A stretch of 58,732 nt of DNA from Spirochaetaceae bacterium (GCA_007118855.1 SKQU01000259.1:1-58732), one strand, 5' to 3'; counted from the stretch's first letter, positions 17,427 to 27,288 are shown. A program made the numbers and translations. The notes: generated from the sequence alone by a model not told the origin.

Positions 17427-17816
17427 GTGCAGATCGATATCGAAGAGATCATCATCCGCAAACGTGTGCGCAAGAACCTCGGGGATCTCACCTCGCTCAT
17501 GGAAAGCCTTCGCCGCCATGGACTCCTCAATCCGATCGTCATCAGCAACCGCAACGAGCTCGTTGCCGGGCACCGAAGGACCGAGGCGGCCCGAAGGCTC
17601 GGGTGGAAGACGATCGAGGCGCGGATCGTTGACGACCGCGACGAGGGGGATCTCGTCGAAATGGAGATCGAGGAGAACACCCAACGCAAGAGCCTCACAC
17701 CGGACGAGCTTGCCGAAGCCTACCTGCGGCTCGACAAGATCAGAAACCCCGGCCTCTTCGGCCGCATCTGGAGGGCGATCAAAAAGTTCTTCCGCAGGCT
17801 CTTCGGCAGACGGTGA
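17427..17816 (+). CDS. small ParB/Srx N-terminal domain protein with C-terminal amphipathic helix
   Basis: Motifs SLRRHGLLNPIVI, LVAGHRRTEAA, EENTQRKSL; no HTH; tail GLFGRIWRAIKKFFRRLFGRR. Confidence 0.88.
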   Translation: MQIDIEEIIIRKRVRKNLGDLTSLMESLRRHGLLNPIVISNRNELVAGHRRTEAARRLGWKTIEARIVDDRDEGDLVEMEIEENTQRKSLTPDELAEAYLRLDKIRNPGLFGRIWRAIKKFFRRLFGRR

Positions 17817-17834
17817 CCCAGCCGCGGGCACGGC

Positions 17835-19403
17835 CTACCAGATCTCACCGAACGCATGCGGCCGCTCGCAGTACTTGCACGTATAGCGGTCCAGAGCGGC
17901 GCGAAGGAACTCCGGCGTAACCGGTTCGTGATGTGACGGGTGGCTGATACAGTCCTCGTTCTTGCAGGTTATCCCCGGCAGATTGTAGACGCGAGGCGGC
18001 ATCCCCATCCGGTACTTCCGTACGACCCTGCCGTCCTTGACGATGTTGAGCGTACACCCGGGGGCACTTGCTCCGAGCATCTTGATCTCGTGTTCGGCGA
18101 GCTCAATGAGATCAGGAAGCGAGATCATGCCTTTGTGCGACCCTTCTCCGCCGGTGTAGACGCCGTGAGAGCTGATGCGGTCGAGCCCCAGGATCCTGCG
18201 GATCTTGTCGATCTGATCCCAGATCTCGCGGGGCGAGGAGTCGCGCCCTATATGATCGATGACGATCCCGTTCTGAACCGGTTTGATACCGACCTTGTAG
18301 TCCGGCTTGCTCCGTCGCAGCGCCTCGACCTCGTGGACGAAGTCGTCAGGATAGTCGGGCTCGCGCCGAACGGTTCCCTCGAACTCATCTCCAAGGTGGC
18401 CGGCAACCATCGCGATTTCAACCATGCGGGTGTAGTAGCCGTTCATGCTCTGCAGTTCCCAGGCGTTCAGCGGCGTGTCGTCGAGAAACGACGGAATCGT
18501 CGGTGTGATCTGGTGCCTCGGAAGCGGGTGGTAGAAGCGCGTATGCTCGTCGATCGATGCGAGGAAACTCTTGCGGAACGTCACCGACTCACGGAGCCGG
18601 TCTGCCTTGTCGAGCAACTGGTCGCCCATTCGCTCCAGCTGCAGCCGGGTGAAGTACCAGATTGGAGCCACGCGCTTCTGCGCGAGGTACTCGGCGATCC
18701 CGGAGAAGGTCCGCACGGCGTACCCGCACTCGTGCATACGCTGCACGTAGTGATCCGGCATCGATATCTCCTGCGGAGCCACCAGGTCGACCTCTACCTC
18801 ATGAAAGACCTGCAGCCCGTCGACCTTGGAGTGCACGGTCCTGCCGTGGAACAGGTCTCCCACGAGCGCAAGGTGGATGTGGGACCGGTCCCAGGAGAGC
18901 TGTTCGAGAAAGCTGAACTCGTCGAGGAACTCCTGCGTCGGATGTTCATGGCGCCCGTCGCCGCCGTTGATGAAGGAGGCCGACGGCAGGCCCTGCTTGC
19001 CCGTATACACGCCAACGGAATGCTCGAGCCACCGGCAGGTGCCTTCGAGTCGCGTCCGCAGTACGAAGATCGACTGATCCGAATACCCCACGAGCATCTT
19101 GATCGTGTCCGTGATGCTCTCCTTCTTGCTGAACGACGAGCCGGCGACCGCGAAGTCGTTGAGCTTCACCCGGTGGAACTTCGCGGCGTTACGGAAGGAC
19201 TCCTTCGTGCGGGTCGAGTCCTCCAGAAACAGGAGGTAGACACCGATCTCCGGCCGGTCGATGCGAAATCTTTCCACGATGCGCCGATCACCGTCGCGCA
19301 ACGACGCCTTCAGGAGTCTCGTCTGGTCGTAGAGGTAGACCTGCTCGTCGACGGAGAGGTCGCGAACAACCTGTATCGTGCGACCGGCGAACGGTGAGCT
19401 CAC
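17835..19403 (-). CDS. pyrBI: aspartate carbamoyltransferase, fused catalytic and regulatory chains
   Basis: STRTKESF, HPTQ, GRTVHS, RLQLER, HPLP, then a PyrI part (GIVIDHI, CKNEDCIS, CKYCE). Confidence 0.95.
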   Translation of the reverse strand: MSSPFAGRTIQVVRDLSVDEQVYLYDQTRLLKASLRDGDRRIVERFRIDRPEIGVYLLFLEDSTRTKESFRNAAKFHRVKLNDFAVAGSSFSKKESITDTIKMLVGYSDQSIFVLRTRLEGTCRWLEHSVGVYTGKQGLPSASFINGGDGRHEHPTQEFLDEFSFLEQLSWDRSHIHLALVGDLFHGRTVHSKVDGLQVFHEVEVDLVAPQEISMPDHYVQRMHECGYAVRTFSGIAEYLAQKRVAPIWYFTRLQLERMGDQLLDKADRLRESVTFRKSFLASIDEHTRFYHPLPRHQITPTIPSFLDDTPLNAWELQSMNGYYTRMVEIAMVAGHLGDEFEGTVRREPDYPDDFVHEVEALRRSKPDYKVGIKPVQNGIVIDHIGRDSSPREIWDQIDKIRRILGLDRISSHGVYTGGEGSHKGMISLPDLIELAEHEIKMLGASAPGCTLNIVKDGRVVRKYRMGMPPRVYNLPGITCKNEDCISHPSHHEPVTPEFLRAALDRYTCKYCERPHAFGEIW

Positions 19404-20971
19404 GGGGCGATTCGAAGATCGTCAAGGGCGAGCGCGACGATCCGGTCGTCGGCGCTCTGCACCCACACCTTGTCTCCGCTGAAAGCGATGGTCGTGTACG
19501 GGTTCACGGCGATGACCGACCGGTCGACAAGCGCGAGCTCTGCGTCGAAGCGCCCGAGATGCCAGTCTCCGGCCGATCTGACGACCGCGTACACCCGTGC
19601 CGGGTCTCCCCGGACCTCCATCACGCTTGCGATGTGCACCTCATCCTCGCTTCGTCGCGTTTCGGCGAGCGTCGTGACATCGTAGTGGGCGAGCCGTCCC
19701 GACTCGCCGTCGGCGACGACCACGAGGAGGCGCTCGGCGTGGAACGTATACCTGCGGCTGACGATCCGGTCTTCTCGAGAGCGGTTGAGAAGCAGGCCCG
19801 TGACCGGGTTGATCTGGATCAGCTGGCCGAGAATCAGCCCGGCTTCGTCGCGTATGCGAAGGAAGTAGACAGGGGAGAGCGTGCCCGAGAGCCCACGGAC
19901 CTCTTCAGAGATCTCGCGCTCATCAAGGAGCGCGCGGGCGTCACGCGCGATGCGTTCGCGCTCGGCACGGACCCGGTCGGTCAGATCGGCTATCTCCTGC
20001 CGGTCGTCGATGATTGCCTCGCGCCGCTCTTCCGCGGCACGTCGCTCCTCCTCGAGCCGTCTCTCGCGCTCGGCGAGCTCTTCGTCTCTCGCCACGAGCT
20101 CTTCTTCGGCGGGCTCGCGCTCCTCCTCCGGCAATGCGGCGATCTCTTCGCGCTCGGCGGCGATCCGCTCTCGCTCCTCGGCGATCCGCGCCTCCTCCTC
20201 CGCGACGCGCTCCTCCTCCCGCAGAATGGCCTCTTCCTCGCGCGCGACCGTTTCCTCGCGCTCCTCGATTACCCGCTCGGTCAGATCGATCATCTCACGG
20301 CGCTCTTCAACACCGCGATCGTCGAGCGTGCGCAGCTCTTCGATCACGCGGTCGTCGGCGATTTCGCCCGGATCAACGGCGCCGATGACTCCGGGCGCGG
20401 CCGTCGTGGAAAGCGGGATGACGATGCGACTCTGACCCGGCCACTCGTCGTACCGTCGCGACAATCCGGCATTCGCCGCGGTGAGGTTCCCGGTGACGAC
20501 GGGTTTGTACCGTTCGCCGAAGAACTCCATGTTGCCGCGCACTACCGCATTATAGATCGTGATCCACCGCGCGAGCAGATCGGCGTCGGCAGGCGAATAA
20601 GTGTAGGCCTCCTGGAGGAAGCCCGAGATGATCCGTCTGAGGTTGTTGATGTGATCGACTCGTGCGCTCGCGAGCGGCACGATGATGTCGGCGTCGAAGC
20701 GGTCGCGAACCGCCGGATCCACCGCGTGGATCACGCGGTACCTGCCGGCGAGGACGAAATCGCTGGAGGCGGGACCGACGTCGACGCCGGCGCCGAGCGA
20801 GCGGCCGATACCGACGATCTCCTCTATCGTGTTGATCGTCTCGTACGGTCCGGTGTAGTTGATGAACTCCACGTCGCGGGTGCCAAGCTCTCGCAGCTCC
20901 TCCTCGGCGACGTCGAGTGCGAACAGGAATGGGGTGAGCAGCAGAAGCACTGCGATCAGACCTCGTCGCAT
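19400..20971 (-). CDS. P83/100 family exported protein
   Basis: Signal peptide; motifs VEFINYTGPY, VDHINNLRRIISGFL, YNAVVRGN, GLSRRYDEWPG; central Glu/Arg-rich coiled coil. Confidence 0.82.
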   Translation of the reverse strand: MRRGLIAVLLLLTPFLFALDVAEEELRELGTRDVEFINYTGPYETINTIEEIVGIGRSLGAGVDVGPASSDFVLAGRYRVIHAVDPAVRDRFDADIIVPLASARVDHINNLRRIISGFLQEAYTYSPADADLLARWITIYNAVVRGNMEFFGERYKPVVTGNLTAANAGLSRRYDEWPGQSRIVIPLSTTAAPGVIGAVDPGEIADDRVIEELRTLDDRGVEERREMIDLTERVIEEREETVAREEEAILREEERVAEEEARIAEERERIAAEREEIAALPEEEREPAEEELVARDEELAERERRLEEERRAAEERREAIIDDRQEIADLTDRVRAERERIARDARALLDEREISEEVRGLSGTLSPVYFLRIRDEAGLILGQLIQINPVTGLLLNRSREDRIVSRRYTFHAERLLVVVADGESGRLAHYDVTTLAETRRSEDEVHIASVMEVRGDPARVYAVVRSAGDWHLGRFDAELALVDRSVIAVNPYTTIAFSGDKVWVQSADDRIVALALDDLRIAP

Positions 20972-21033
20972 GGCAACCTCCGTCGTTCTTCTACTATACC
21001 GCGATCTGCGCCGATTTGCATAGGTTCACCCCC

Positions 21034-22809
21034 TCACCGCTGCCCCGCGAGGAGGCGAACCGTGGAGAGCGCGTACTCACGCACCTGTCGCGAGTAGTTT
21101 GCCTGCGCGACGGTCAGGAGCGCCTGCGCCACATCAGGGTGCAGATACCCTCCCCGGTGAAGGTGAACCGACTCAACGAAGGCGACAACTGCGTGACCGA
21201 GCGCATTGTCCGGGCCTTCGCGCGCATTGCGACGCACGATATTCGCGAGCCGGGCGGCGAGCTCGCGGTCGATGGGAGTTCCCAGACGGCCCATGCTCGC
21301 GAGGATCGACGTCTGAAGCGTCGCGTCGGTCTCATGAGACAGCAGACGCGCGAGAAACCGGGCGGTCGCGAGGTCTCCGATCTCGCCGAGCACGTAGATC
21401 GCCTCCTCACGGGCCCGTCGCGGCGCGCTCAGGGCCCCGAACTGGGAGAGCTGCCCGAAGTACGGAGATCCGGCCACGTGCTCGCTGAGCTGCAGAAGGT
21501 AGGGGTAGCGGCCCGCGAGATCATGGCCCGCCCGCACTCGCGCGGCGACATCGGCCATCGCCACGTTCTGCTCGGTCTGGCCGCCCGCGAGAAGTCGTGC
21601 CCGCAGGGCAAGGTAGTCTACCGACCGCTCGTAGGCGGTCAGGTCGGGCCGTCCTTCAAGAGCGCCGGGTGCTACCCCGCGTCGTGCCGGATCGCCTCGC
21701 GCCTGCGGCCACGCCCCGCCCGGCGTGAGCCCGGCCGGATAGGCGTAGGTCACCCATGTGCCGGTAGGAACAACCGCCTCACCCGCAGGAGAGAGGCCGA
21801 GCGACACCGGACGGTCGGGCAGTTGGACCCGCCACACCGGTTCGGCCTCGCGTGACCAGGCTTCGAGCGTCCCGGTGCCCGTCACGAGGAGGAGATCCGC
21901 CGGGGCGGTCGCGCGCAGCTCCGGCGTCGCGGATGTCTCGGGCCTCGCAACGACCGCGACGGCCGCGACCGCGCTTCCTGAATCCGGCCGAACCCTCCAG
22001 GCAAGGATCCCTTGCGGCGTGATCCGCGACAGCATTCCGTCGTCGCTGATCACGAAGATGTCGCCCCTTGACCCGACGAGAAGCGTGTGGATCGCGGAGC
22101 CGACGTCGGCCCGCCACAGCGGTTCGAGCGCGGCGTCTACGGCGATCACCCGCCCGTCCGCGGAGCCGGCAAGGATCGCCTGCCCGGTGACCCCGAGCAC
22201 CGTCGCCACCTCGCCGAGGTAGCGACGACCGAGCAGGCGCCCGTCGGTCGACACGAGGAGGAGCTCGCCTCCCGTGCCGGAGACGAGCAGGCTGCCGTCC
22301 GGGACCAGAACCGGTGCGGTGCTGACCCGGGTCTCCAGATCAATGCCCCAGATGAGCCGACCCGTATGTGTACGCGCCTCCACCGTCGCCGGTTCCCGGA
22401 CCGTCAGGACCAGACCGCTCTGCGTCACCACGGGCGCGAAGGGGCGCCCGGCGGTGACACGGGCCTGCCAGATCAGCCGGCCGTCCCGGTTCAGCGCAAC
22501 GAGCCCCCCGTTCTCCAGCGTGACGTAGATGGTCTGGTCCGGCCCCACGACCAGCCCGCCCGCCGGGCGAACCCCCAGGTCGGTTCGCCAGATCATCGTC
22601 CCGCCGGGATCAACGGCGTAGAGGTACCTGTCGCCGGTGGCGTAGTAGACAATACCGTCCGGGGCAAAGGCAACGGGCCCGACCGTTACCCCGCCCGCGA
22701 TGAACCGCCACGACCAGGGGGGTAGCGGAGCAGCGTCGAGCAACGCCGGCGCAAGACAGAGGAAACAGACGAGCGCGCCCCCCAGGAGCTGCCGAAGTCG
22801 AGGTCGCAC
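21034..22809 (-). CDS. exported PQQ-like beta-propeller protein with C-terminal HEAT-like repeats
   Basis: Signal peptide; repeated A..DG...W blades; C-terminal AIYVLGEIG and ILASMGRLG helices. Confidence 0.8.
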   Translation of the reverse strand: MRPRLRQLLGGALVCFLCLAPALLDAAPLPPWSWRFIAGGVTVGPVAFAPDGIVYYATGDRYLYAVDPGGTMIWRTDLGVRPAGGLVVGPDQTIYVTLENGGLVALNRDGRLIWQARVTAGRPFAPVVTQSGLVLTVREPATVEARTHTGRLIWGIDLETRVSTAPVLVPDGSLLVSGTGGELLLVSTDGRLLGRRYLGEVATVLGVTGQAILAGSADGRVIAVDAALEPLWRADVGSAIHTLLVGSRGDIFVISDDGMLSRITPQGILAWRVRPDSGSAVAAVAVVARPETSATPELRATAPADLLLVTGTGTLEAWSREAEPVWRVQLPDRPVSLGLSPAGEAVVPTGTWVTYAYPAGLTPGGAWPQARGDPARRGVAPGALEGRPDLTAYERSVDYLALRARLLAGGQTEQNVAMADVAARVRAGHDLAGRYPYLLQLSEHVAGSPYFGQLSQFGALSAPRRAREEAIYVLGEIGDLATARFLARLLSHETDATLQTSILASMGRLGTPIDRELAARLANIVRRNAREGPDNALGHAVVAFVESVHLHRGGYLHPDVAQALLTVAQANYSRQVREYALSTVRLLAGQR

Positions 22810-22916
22810 AGGCCCATGCTATCATCACTACCGCGCCACAGCAATCGGTTGGCCCGTCGGTCCTGCCTGGGGTATAATCCAGCAAAGCCTGATTGGCCGA
22901 CGAGGAGCGCCATCTC

Positions 22917-23555
22917 ATGAGAGCAAGCAAACTCGCGAGTCTGCCGACGATCAAGCGTCTTCCATCGTACCTGCACGTCATAGAGAACGCCGCGCGCGAA
23001 GGCCGGACGTTCATCTCCGGGACCGTGATCGCCGACGAGCTCGAGCTCGAGCCGATCCAGGTGCGCAAGGATCTCGCGATCACGGGCATCGTGGGAAAGC
23101 CTCGCGTCGGCTTTCCGGTCCAGGAGCTGATCGACGCGATCTACGGGTTCCTCCACTGGGACACCTGCCACCGCGCCGTTATCGTGGGGGCCGGAAGCCT
23201 CGCGACCGCGCTCATGGGGTATCCTGAGTTTCCCAGACGAGGCCTCAGTATCGAGGCGGCCTTCGATGTGGATCCGGCCAAGGTCGGCCGGGTCATCAAC
23301 GGAAAGCCGGTTTATCACCTGGACAAGCTCGCTGAGCGGGTCGAGCGGCTTTCAGCGTCGATGGCGATTCTGACGGTCCCCAACCAGGTCGCACAGGAGG
23401 TGGCGGAGCTGACGATAGCCGCCGGCATCACGGCTATCTGGAACTTCACGAACGTGAAGCTCAAAGTCCCCCCCGAGATACTCGTTCAGAAGGAGGATCT
23501 TTCCTCGGGATACGCGGTGCTCTCGGTCAAGATCAGGATGCTCAATGGCGAATGA
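22917..23555 (+). CDS. rex: redox-sensing transcriptional repressor Rex
   Basis: Motifs TIKRLPSY, QVRKDL, GAGSL, AFDVDP, IWNF. Start at ATG 22917 after GAGGAG; TATAAT at 22873. Confidence 0.95.
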   Translation: MRASKLASLPTIKRLPSYLHVIENAAREGRTFISGTVIADELELEPIQVRKDLAITGIVGKPRVGFPVQELIDAIYGFLHWDTCHRAVIVGAGSLATALMGYPEFPRRGLSIEAAFDVDPAKVGRVINGKPVYHLDKLAERVERLSASMAILTVPNQVAQEVAELTIAAGITAIWNFTNVKLKVPPEILVQKEDLSSGYAVLSVKIRMLNGE

Positions 23556-24525
23556 CCTGGAGTACCAGGTTGACATCTTCGCAAACCGGTTGAACAAGCG
23601 CGCGAAGCACATTGGCAAGTGGGCGCGCCGCAACGGCGTCTCATGCTACCGCCTCTACGACGCGGACGTCCCCGAGATACCGCTCGTCGTTGATCGCTAC
23701 GAGAACTACCTCCACATCTGCGAGTACCACGCTCCGCACAAAAACCTCCCGGGATCGCCTGAGGAGTATCGCCGGCGCATGGGCGACGCGGCGCGACGCA
23801 CCCTGGGAATCCCCGAATCCAACCTCTTCTACAAGACAAGACGCAAGACCGGTCGCGGCGAGCAGTACGAGAAGCTCTCGACCTCTCAGGTTACGGCGGT
23901 CGTGCAGGAGGGCGGGCTGCGGTTCCTCATCAACCTCAGCGACTATCTGGACACGGGGCTTTTCCTCGACCACCGGATCACACGGTCGATGGTCCGTGAC
24001 ATGGTCGTGGAGCTCGGCGAGACCGGTCCGGTGCGTGTCCTGAACCTCTTCAGCTATACCGGGTCATTCACCGTCTACGCGGCGGCCGGCGGGGCGGCCT
24101 CCACGGTGAGCGTCGACCTGAGCCCCACCTACACGTCCTGGGCGAGAGAGAACCTCGCGCTCAACGGGTATGCCGGGGGCAACCACCGGTTCGAGGTAGC
24201 CGACGTCTTCGCCTTTCTCGAGCGTGAGCGAGCCCGCGGGGCTCGCTACGATCTTCTGATCCTCGACCCGCCCACCTTCTCGAACAGCAAGAAGATGTCG
24301 CGAACGCTCGACGTTCAGCGCGATCACGGTGAGCTGCTCGCATCCTGCGGTCACATCCTGCGTCCCGGCGGTCTGCTGCTCTTTTCGACCAATCGGCGAC
24401 GATTCCGGCTCTCCGACGCACCGTCACTGCTCTCGGTGCAGGAGATCACTCGCGAGACGATTCCTCAGGACTTCCGCAACGGACGAATTCACCACGCCTA
24501 TCTCGCCGAGAGGAGCACATCGTAG
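23545..24525 (+). CDS. stand-alone RlmK-type (RlmI/K family) rRNA SAM methyltransferase
   Basis: Motifs CYRLYDADVPE, DYLDTGLFLDHR, LNLFSYTG, DPPTFSNSK, DVQRDH; resembles the C-terminal half of RlmKL. Confidence 0.88.
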   Translation: MANDLEYQVDIFANRLNKRAKHIGKWARRNGVSCYRLYDADVPEIPLVVDRYENYLHICEYHAPHKNLPGSPEEYRRRMGDAARRTLGIPESNLFYKTRRKTGRGEQYEKLSTSQVTAVVQEGGLRFLINLSDYLDTGLFLDHRITRSMVRDMVVELGETGPVRVLNLFSYTGSFTVYAAAGGAASTVSVDLSPTYTSWARENLALNGYAGGNHRFEVADVFAFLERERARGARYDLLILDPPTFSNSKKMSRTLDVQRDHGELLASCGHILRPGGLLLFSTNRRRFRLSDAPSLLSVQEITRETIPQDFRNGRIHHAYLAERSTS

Positions 24526-26039
24526 AGTCGCGCGGCATGCCGCTGGTGCGCCGCGCAGCGGGGATCGCGCTCCCCGGTGTCCAGGTCGACGCGTTCTTCG
24601 CCGACGATCCGTCCCGGAGTGCCGGCCATGATGATGATCCGGTCGCCGGTCGCAAGCGCCTCCACCACGTCGTGCGTCACCATGATCGTAACGCCGCATC
24701 CAGCAGTCACGGTACGAACCTGTCCGGCGAGCTCGAGCTTCACCGCGAGGTCGAGATTCTGAAACGGCTCGTCGAGCAGCAGCATCTGTCCACAATAGGC
24801 GAATGCGCGTGCCAGAGAGAGTCGTTGCTGCATCCCTCCGCTCAGTGCATCCGGGTACGCAGCGCCGTGCAAAGGCAGCCGGGCGAGCTGCAGCGACTCG
24901 CGAACGCGCGCCGCGTCAGTGCCGGCGAGCACGAACTCAATGTTCGCCGCGGCATCCGCCCAGGGCAGAAGGCGCGGCTCCTGGAAGACCATTGACCGGC
25001 ACTCAGGCGCCTCGATCGTACCGCTGTGCGGTTCGTCGAGTCCGGCGATGAGCCGCAGCAGCGTCGTCTTCCCGCAGCCGGACGGCCCGAGCACGACGGT
25101 GATCTCACCGGGCTCGAACGCCACGCTCAACCCGGCGAAGACCAGATGCGCGCCGTACGAGCGGCTGACCTCGGAGACCAGCACCGGCTGCGCGGCGGCG
25201 GGCGCCGCTATGCGGGCCGGGGCCGCGCCGTCTCGAGAGACGATCGCGTGATCGGCCGGCGAGGCTGACGCGCGGCCGCGACGAAGGCCCGGCGCGAGCC
25301 GCTCGATCGTGCGCAGCAGCGACTCGGTGAGCGCACTGACGGCGATCACCGCGAGGGTCAGCGCCAGGATGCGCGGGGTGTCCAGATAGAACCGCGCCTC
25401 CTGCATCGCACCACCAAGGGCGTTTCGCGGCTGCACGATCACCTCGGCTGCGACGGTCACCTTGTACGCCATACCGAGCCCGGCATGCGCCGAGGCGAAG
25501 AGGTAGGGACGCAGAGCCGGCAGCGTCAGCTCCCGAATCCTGCGCGACCGCGGCACCCGGTAGACGCTCGCCATCTCGCGCAGCTGTCCTGATGCCGCGC
25601 GCGTTCCGGCAGTGACGTTCTCCACGACGACGGGAACGACCATGAGCCATGTGACGAAGACCGGAGCGAGCGAGGCGCGAAACCAGATCAGCGCGAGGAG
25701 GATGATCGCGATGACCGGCGTCGAGCGTATCAGCACGAGCGCGGGCAGGAGCACGGGACCGGCGAGGTTCGACGACCCGCGCAGGAGTCCCCACGCCAGC
25801 CCCACGGCGAATGCCGCGGCGAAACCCACCATCGTGCGCGCGACGGTCCCGGCCAGATGGCCGTAGAAAGAACGGTTGGTCATCTGCGACCAGAGCGCGA
25901 CGACCGTCTCTCCCGGTCCGGGCAGGATGATGACGGCCGCGATGACCCGTGCCGCCACCGCCCAGGCCGCGATGATCATCACCACCCCAAGGGCAAGGAG
26001 CAGGGGGCCGTATCGTCGCGCCCGTCGGTCGCCCTTCAT
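24498..26039 (-). CDS. fused NitT/TauT-type ABC permease + ATPase
   Basis: N-terminal TM permease (LPALRP...VAAE), then GPSGCGKTT, FQEPRLLPW, LSGGMQQR, LLLDEPF. Confidence 0.88.
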   Translation of the reverse strand: MKGDRRARRYGPLLLALGVVMIIAAWAVAARVIAAVIILPGPGETVVALWSQMTNRSFYGHLAGTVARTMVGFAAAFAVGLAWGLLRGSSNLAGPVLLPALVLIRSTPVIAIILLALIWFRASLAPVFVTWLMVVPVVVENVTAGTRAASGQLREMASVYRVPRSRRIRELTLPALRPYLFASAHAGLGMAYKVTVAAEVIVQPRNALGGAMQEARFYLDTPRILALTLAVIAVSALTESLLRTIERLAPGLRRGRASASPADHAIVSRDGAAPARIAAPAAAQPVLVSEVSRSYGAHLVFAGLSVAFEPGEITVVLGPSGCGKTTLLRLIAGLDEPHSGTIEAPECRSMVFQEPRLLPWADAAANIEFVLAGTDAARVRESLQLARLPLHGAAYPDALSGGMQQRLSLARAFAYCGQMLLLDEPFQNLDLAVKLELAGQVRTVTAGCGVTIMVTHDVVEALATGDRIIIMAGTPGRIVGEERVDLDTGERDPRCAAHQRHAARLYDVLLSAR

Positions 26040-26046
26040 CGCCGTC

Positions 26047-27288
26047 CTATACTACGAGCACCCGGTAGTAGCGTTTCTTGCCGGCGCGCAGGAGCAGCTC
26101 GCCGTCGACAACCCAGCTCGCGTCGATTACCTGCTCGACGTCGCTGATCCGTCGATCATTGATGCGCGCGCCGCCCTGCGTCACGAGCCGTCGAGCCTCG
26201 TTTCGCGACGCGCACAGACCGGTCCGACTGAACAGATCGGTCACGCCGATGCCGCCGGCGAGATCGCTCGCAGCTACCGTGACGCTGGGGATGGCATCGA
26301 TCGCGCCGGGCGCCTCCGGCCCGCCGGCCCCGAAGGCGGCCCGCGCGGTCGCGCGCGCCTGCTCCGCGGCTGCTGGCCCGTGGATGAGCGCCGTGGCCTC
26401 CACGGCGAGGACTTCCTTCGCCCCGTTGATCTGTTCGCCGGGAAGCTCAGCGAGCCGTCGGCACTCTTCGAGAGGCAGAAAGGTGTAGGTCAGGAGGAAC
26501 TTCTCGACGTCGTCGTCCGGGACGTTGCGCCAGTACTGGTACATCTCGTAGGGGCTCACCACCGCGGCATCGAGGAAGATTGCCCCGGACTCGGTCTTGC
26601 CCATCTTCTTCCCGTCGGCCCGCGTGACCAGGGGAAAGGTGAGGCCGAAGACCTCGGTTCCCTCGACCCGCCGCGTCAGGTCAACCCCCGCGACGATATT
26701 GCCCCACTGGTCGTCTCCGCCGATCTGCAGCCGCACGCCGTGATGCCGCGAGAGCTCGAGAAAGTCGAAGCTCTGCAACAGCTGGTAATTGAACTCAATG
26801 AAGGAAAGACCGGTCTCCAGGCGCATCCGGTATGTCTCGAAGCTCAGCATCCGGTTCACCGAGAAGTGCCTGCCTATGTCGCGCAGGAAGTCGATGTAGT
26901 TCAGATCCGCGAGCCAGTCCGCATTGTTCACGATCCTCGCTTCCGTGCCGGCCGCCGCGAGAAAGGACTCGATCTGGCGGCGAATCGCTTCGACGTTTTC
27001 GTCGATCTGTTCCACGGTGAGCATCCGCCGCATCTCGGTCTTGCCCGACGGGTCGCCGATGCGCGCGGTCCCTGCGCCAATAAGCACGACGGCACGGTGT
27101 CCGGCCCGGGCGAGATGGGCGAGCGCGTACAGCGGGACGAGATGCCCTATGTGAAGGCTGCCTCCGGTGGGATCGATCCCCACGTAGAAGGAGACCGGCT
27201 CGCGGTCCATGAGACCGGAGAGCGAATCGACGTCGGTACACTGGGCGAAGAAGCCGCGCTCTTGAAGCGTCCCGATCGCGGGGTTCAC
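26047..27288 (-). CDS. tyrS: tyrosine--tRNA ligase
   Basis: Motifs YVGIDPT, HIGH, QIGGDDQWGN, KMGKT; C-terminal S4 domain. Confidence 0.98.
   Translation of the reverse strand: MNPAIGTLQERGFFAQCTDVDSLSGLMDREPVSFYVGIDPTGGSLHIGHLVPLYALAHLARAGHRAVVLIGAGTARIGDPSGKTEMRRMLTVEQIDENVEAIRRQIESFLAAAGTEARIVNNADWLADLNYIDFLRDIGRHFSVNRMLSFETYRMRLETGLSFIEFNYQLLQSFDFLELSRHHGVRLQIGGDDQWGNIVAGVDLTRRVEGTEVFGLTFPLVTRADGKKMGKTESGAIFLDAAVVSPYEMYQYWRNVPDDDVEKFLLTYTFLPLEECRRLAELPGEQINGAKEVLAVEATALIHGPAAAEQARATARAAFGAGGPEAPGAIDAIPSVTVAASDLAGGIGVTDLFSRTGLCASRNEARRLVTQGGARINDRRISDVEQVIDASWVVDGELLLRAGKKRYYRVLVV

Noticed and set aside
19930-20340. Repetitive Glu/Arg-coding stretch in P83/100
   Set aside because: This is degenerate coiled-coil low complexity, not a discrete DNA repeat element.
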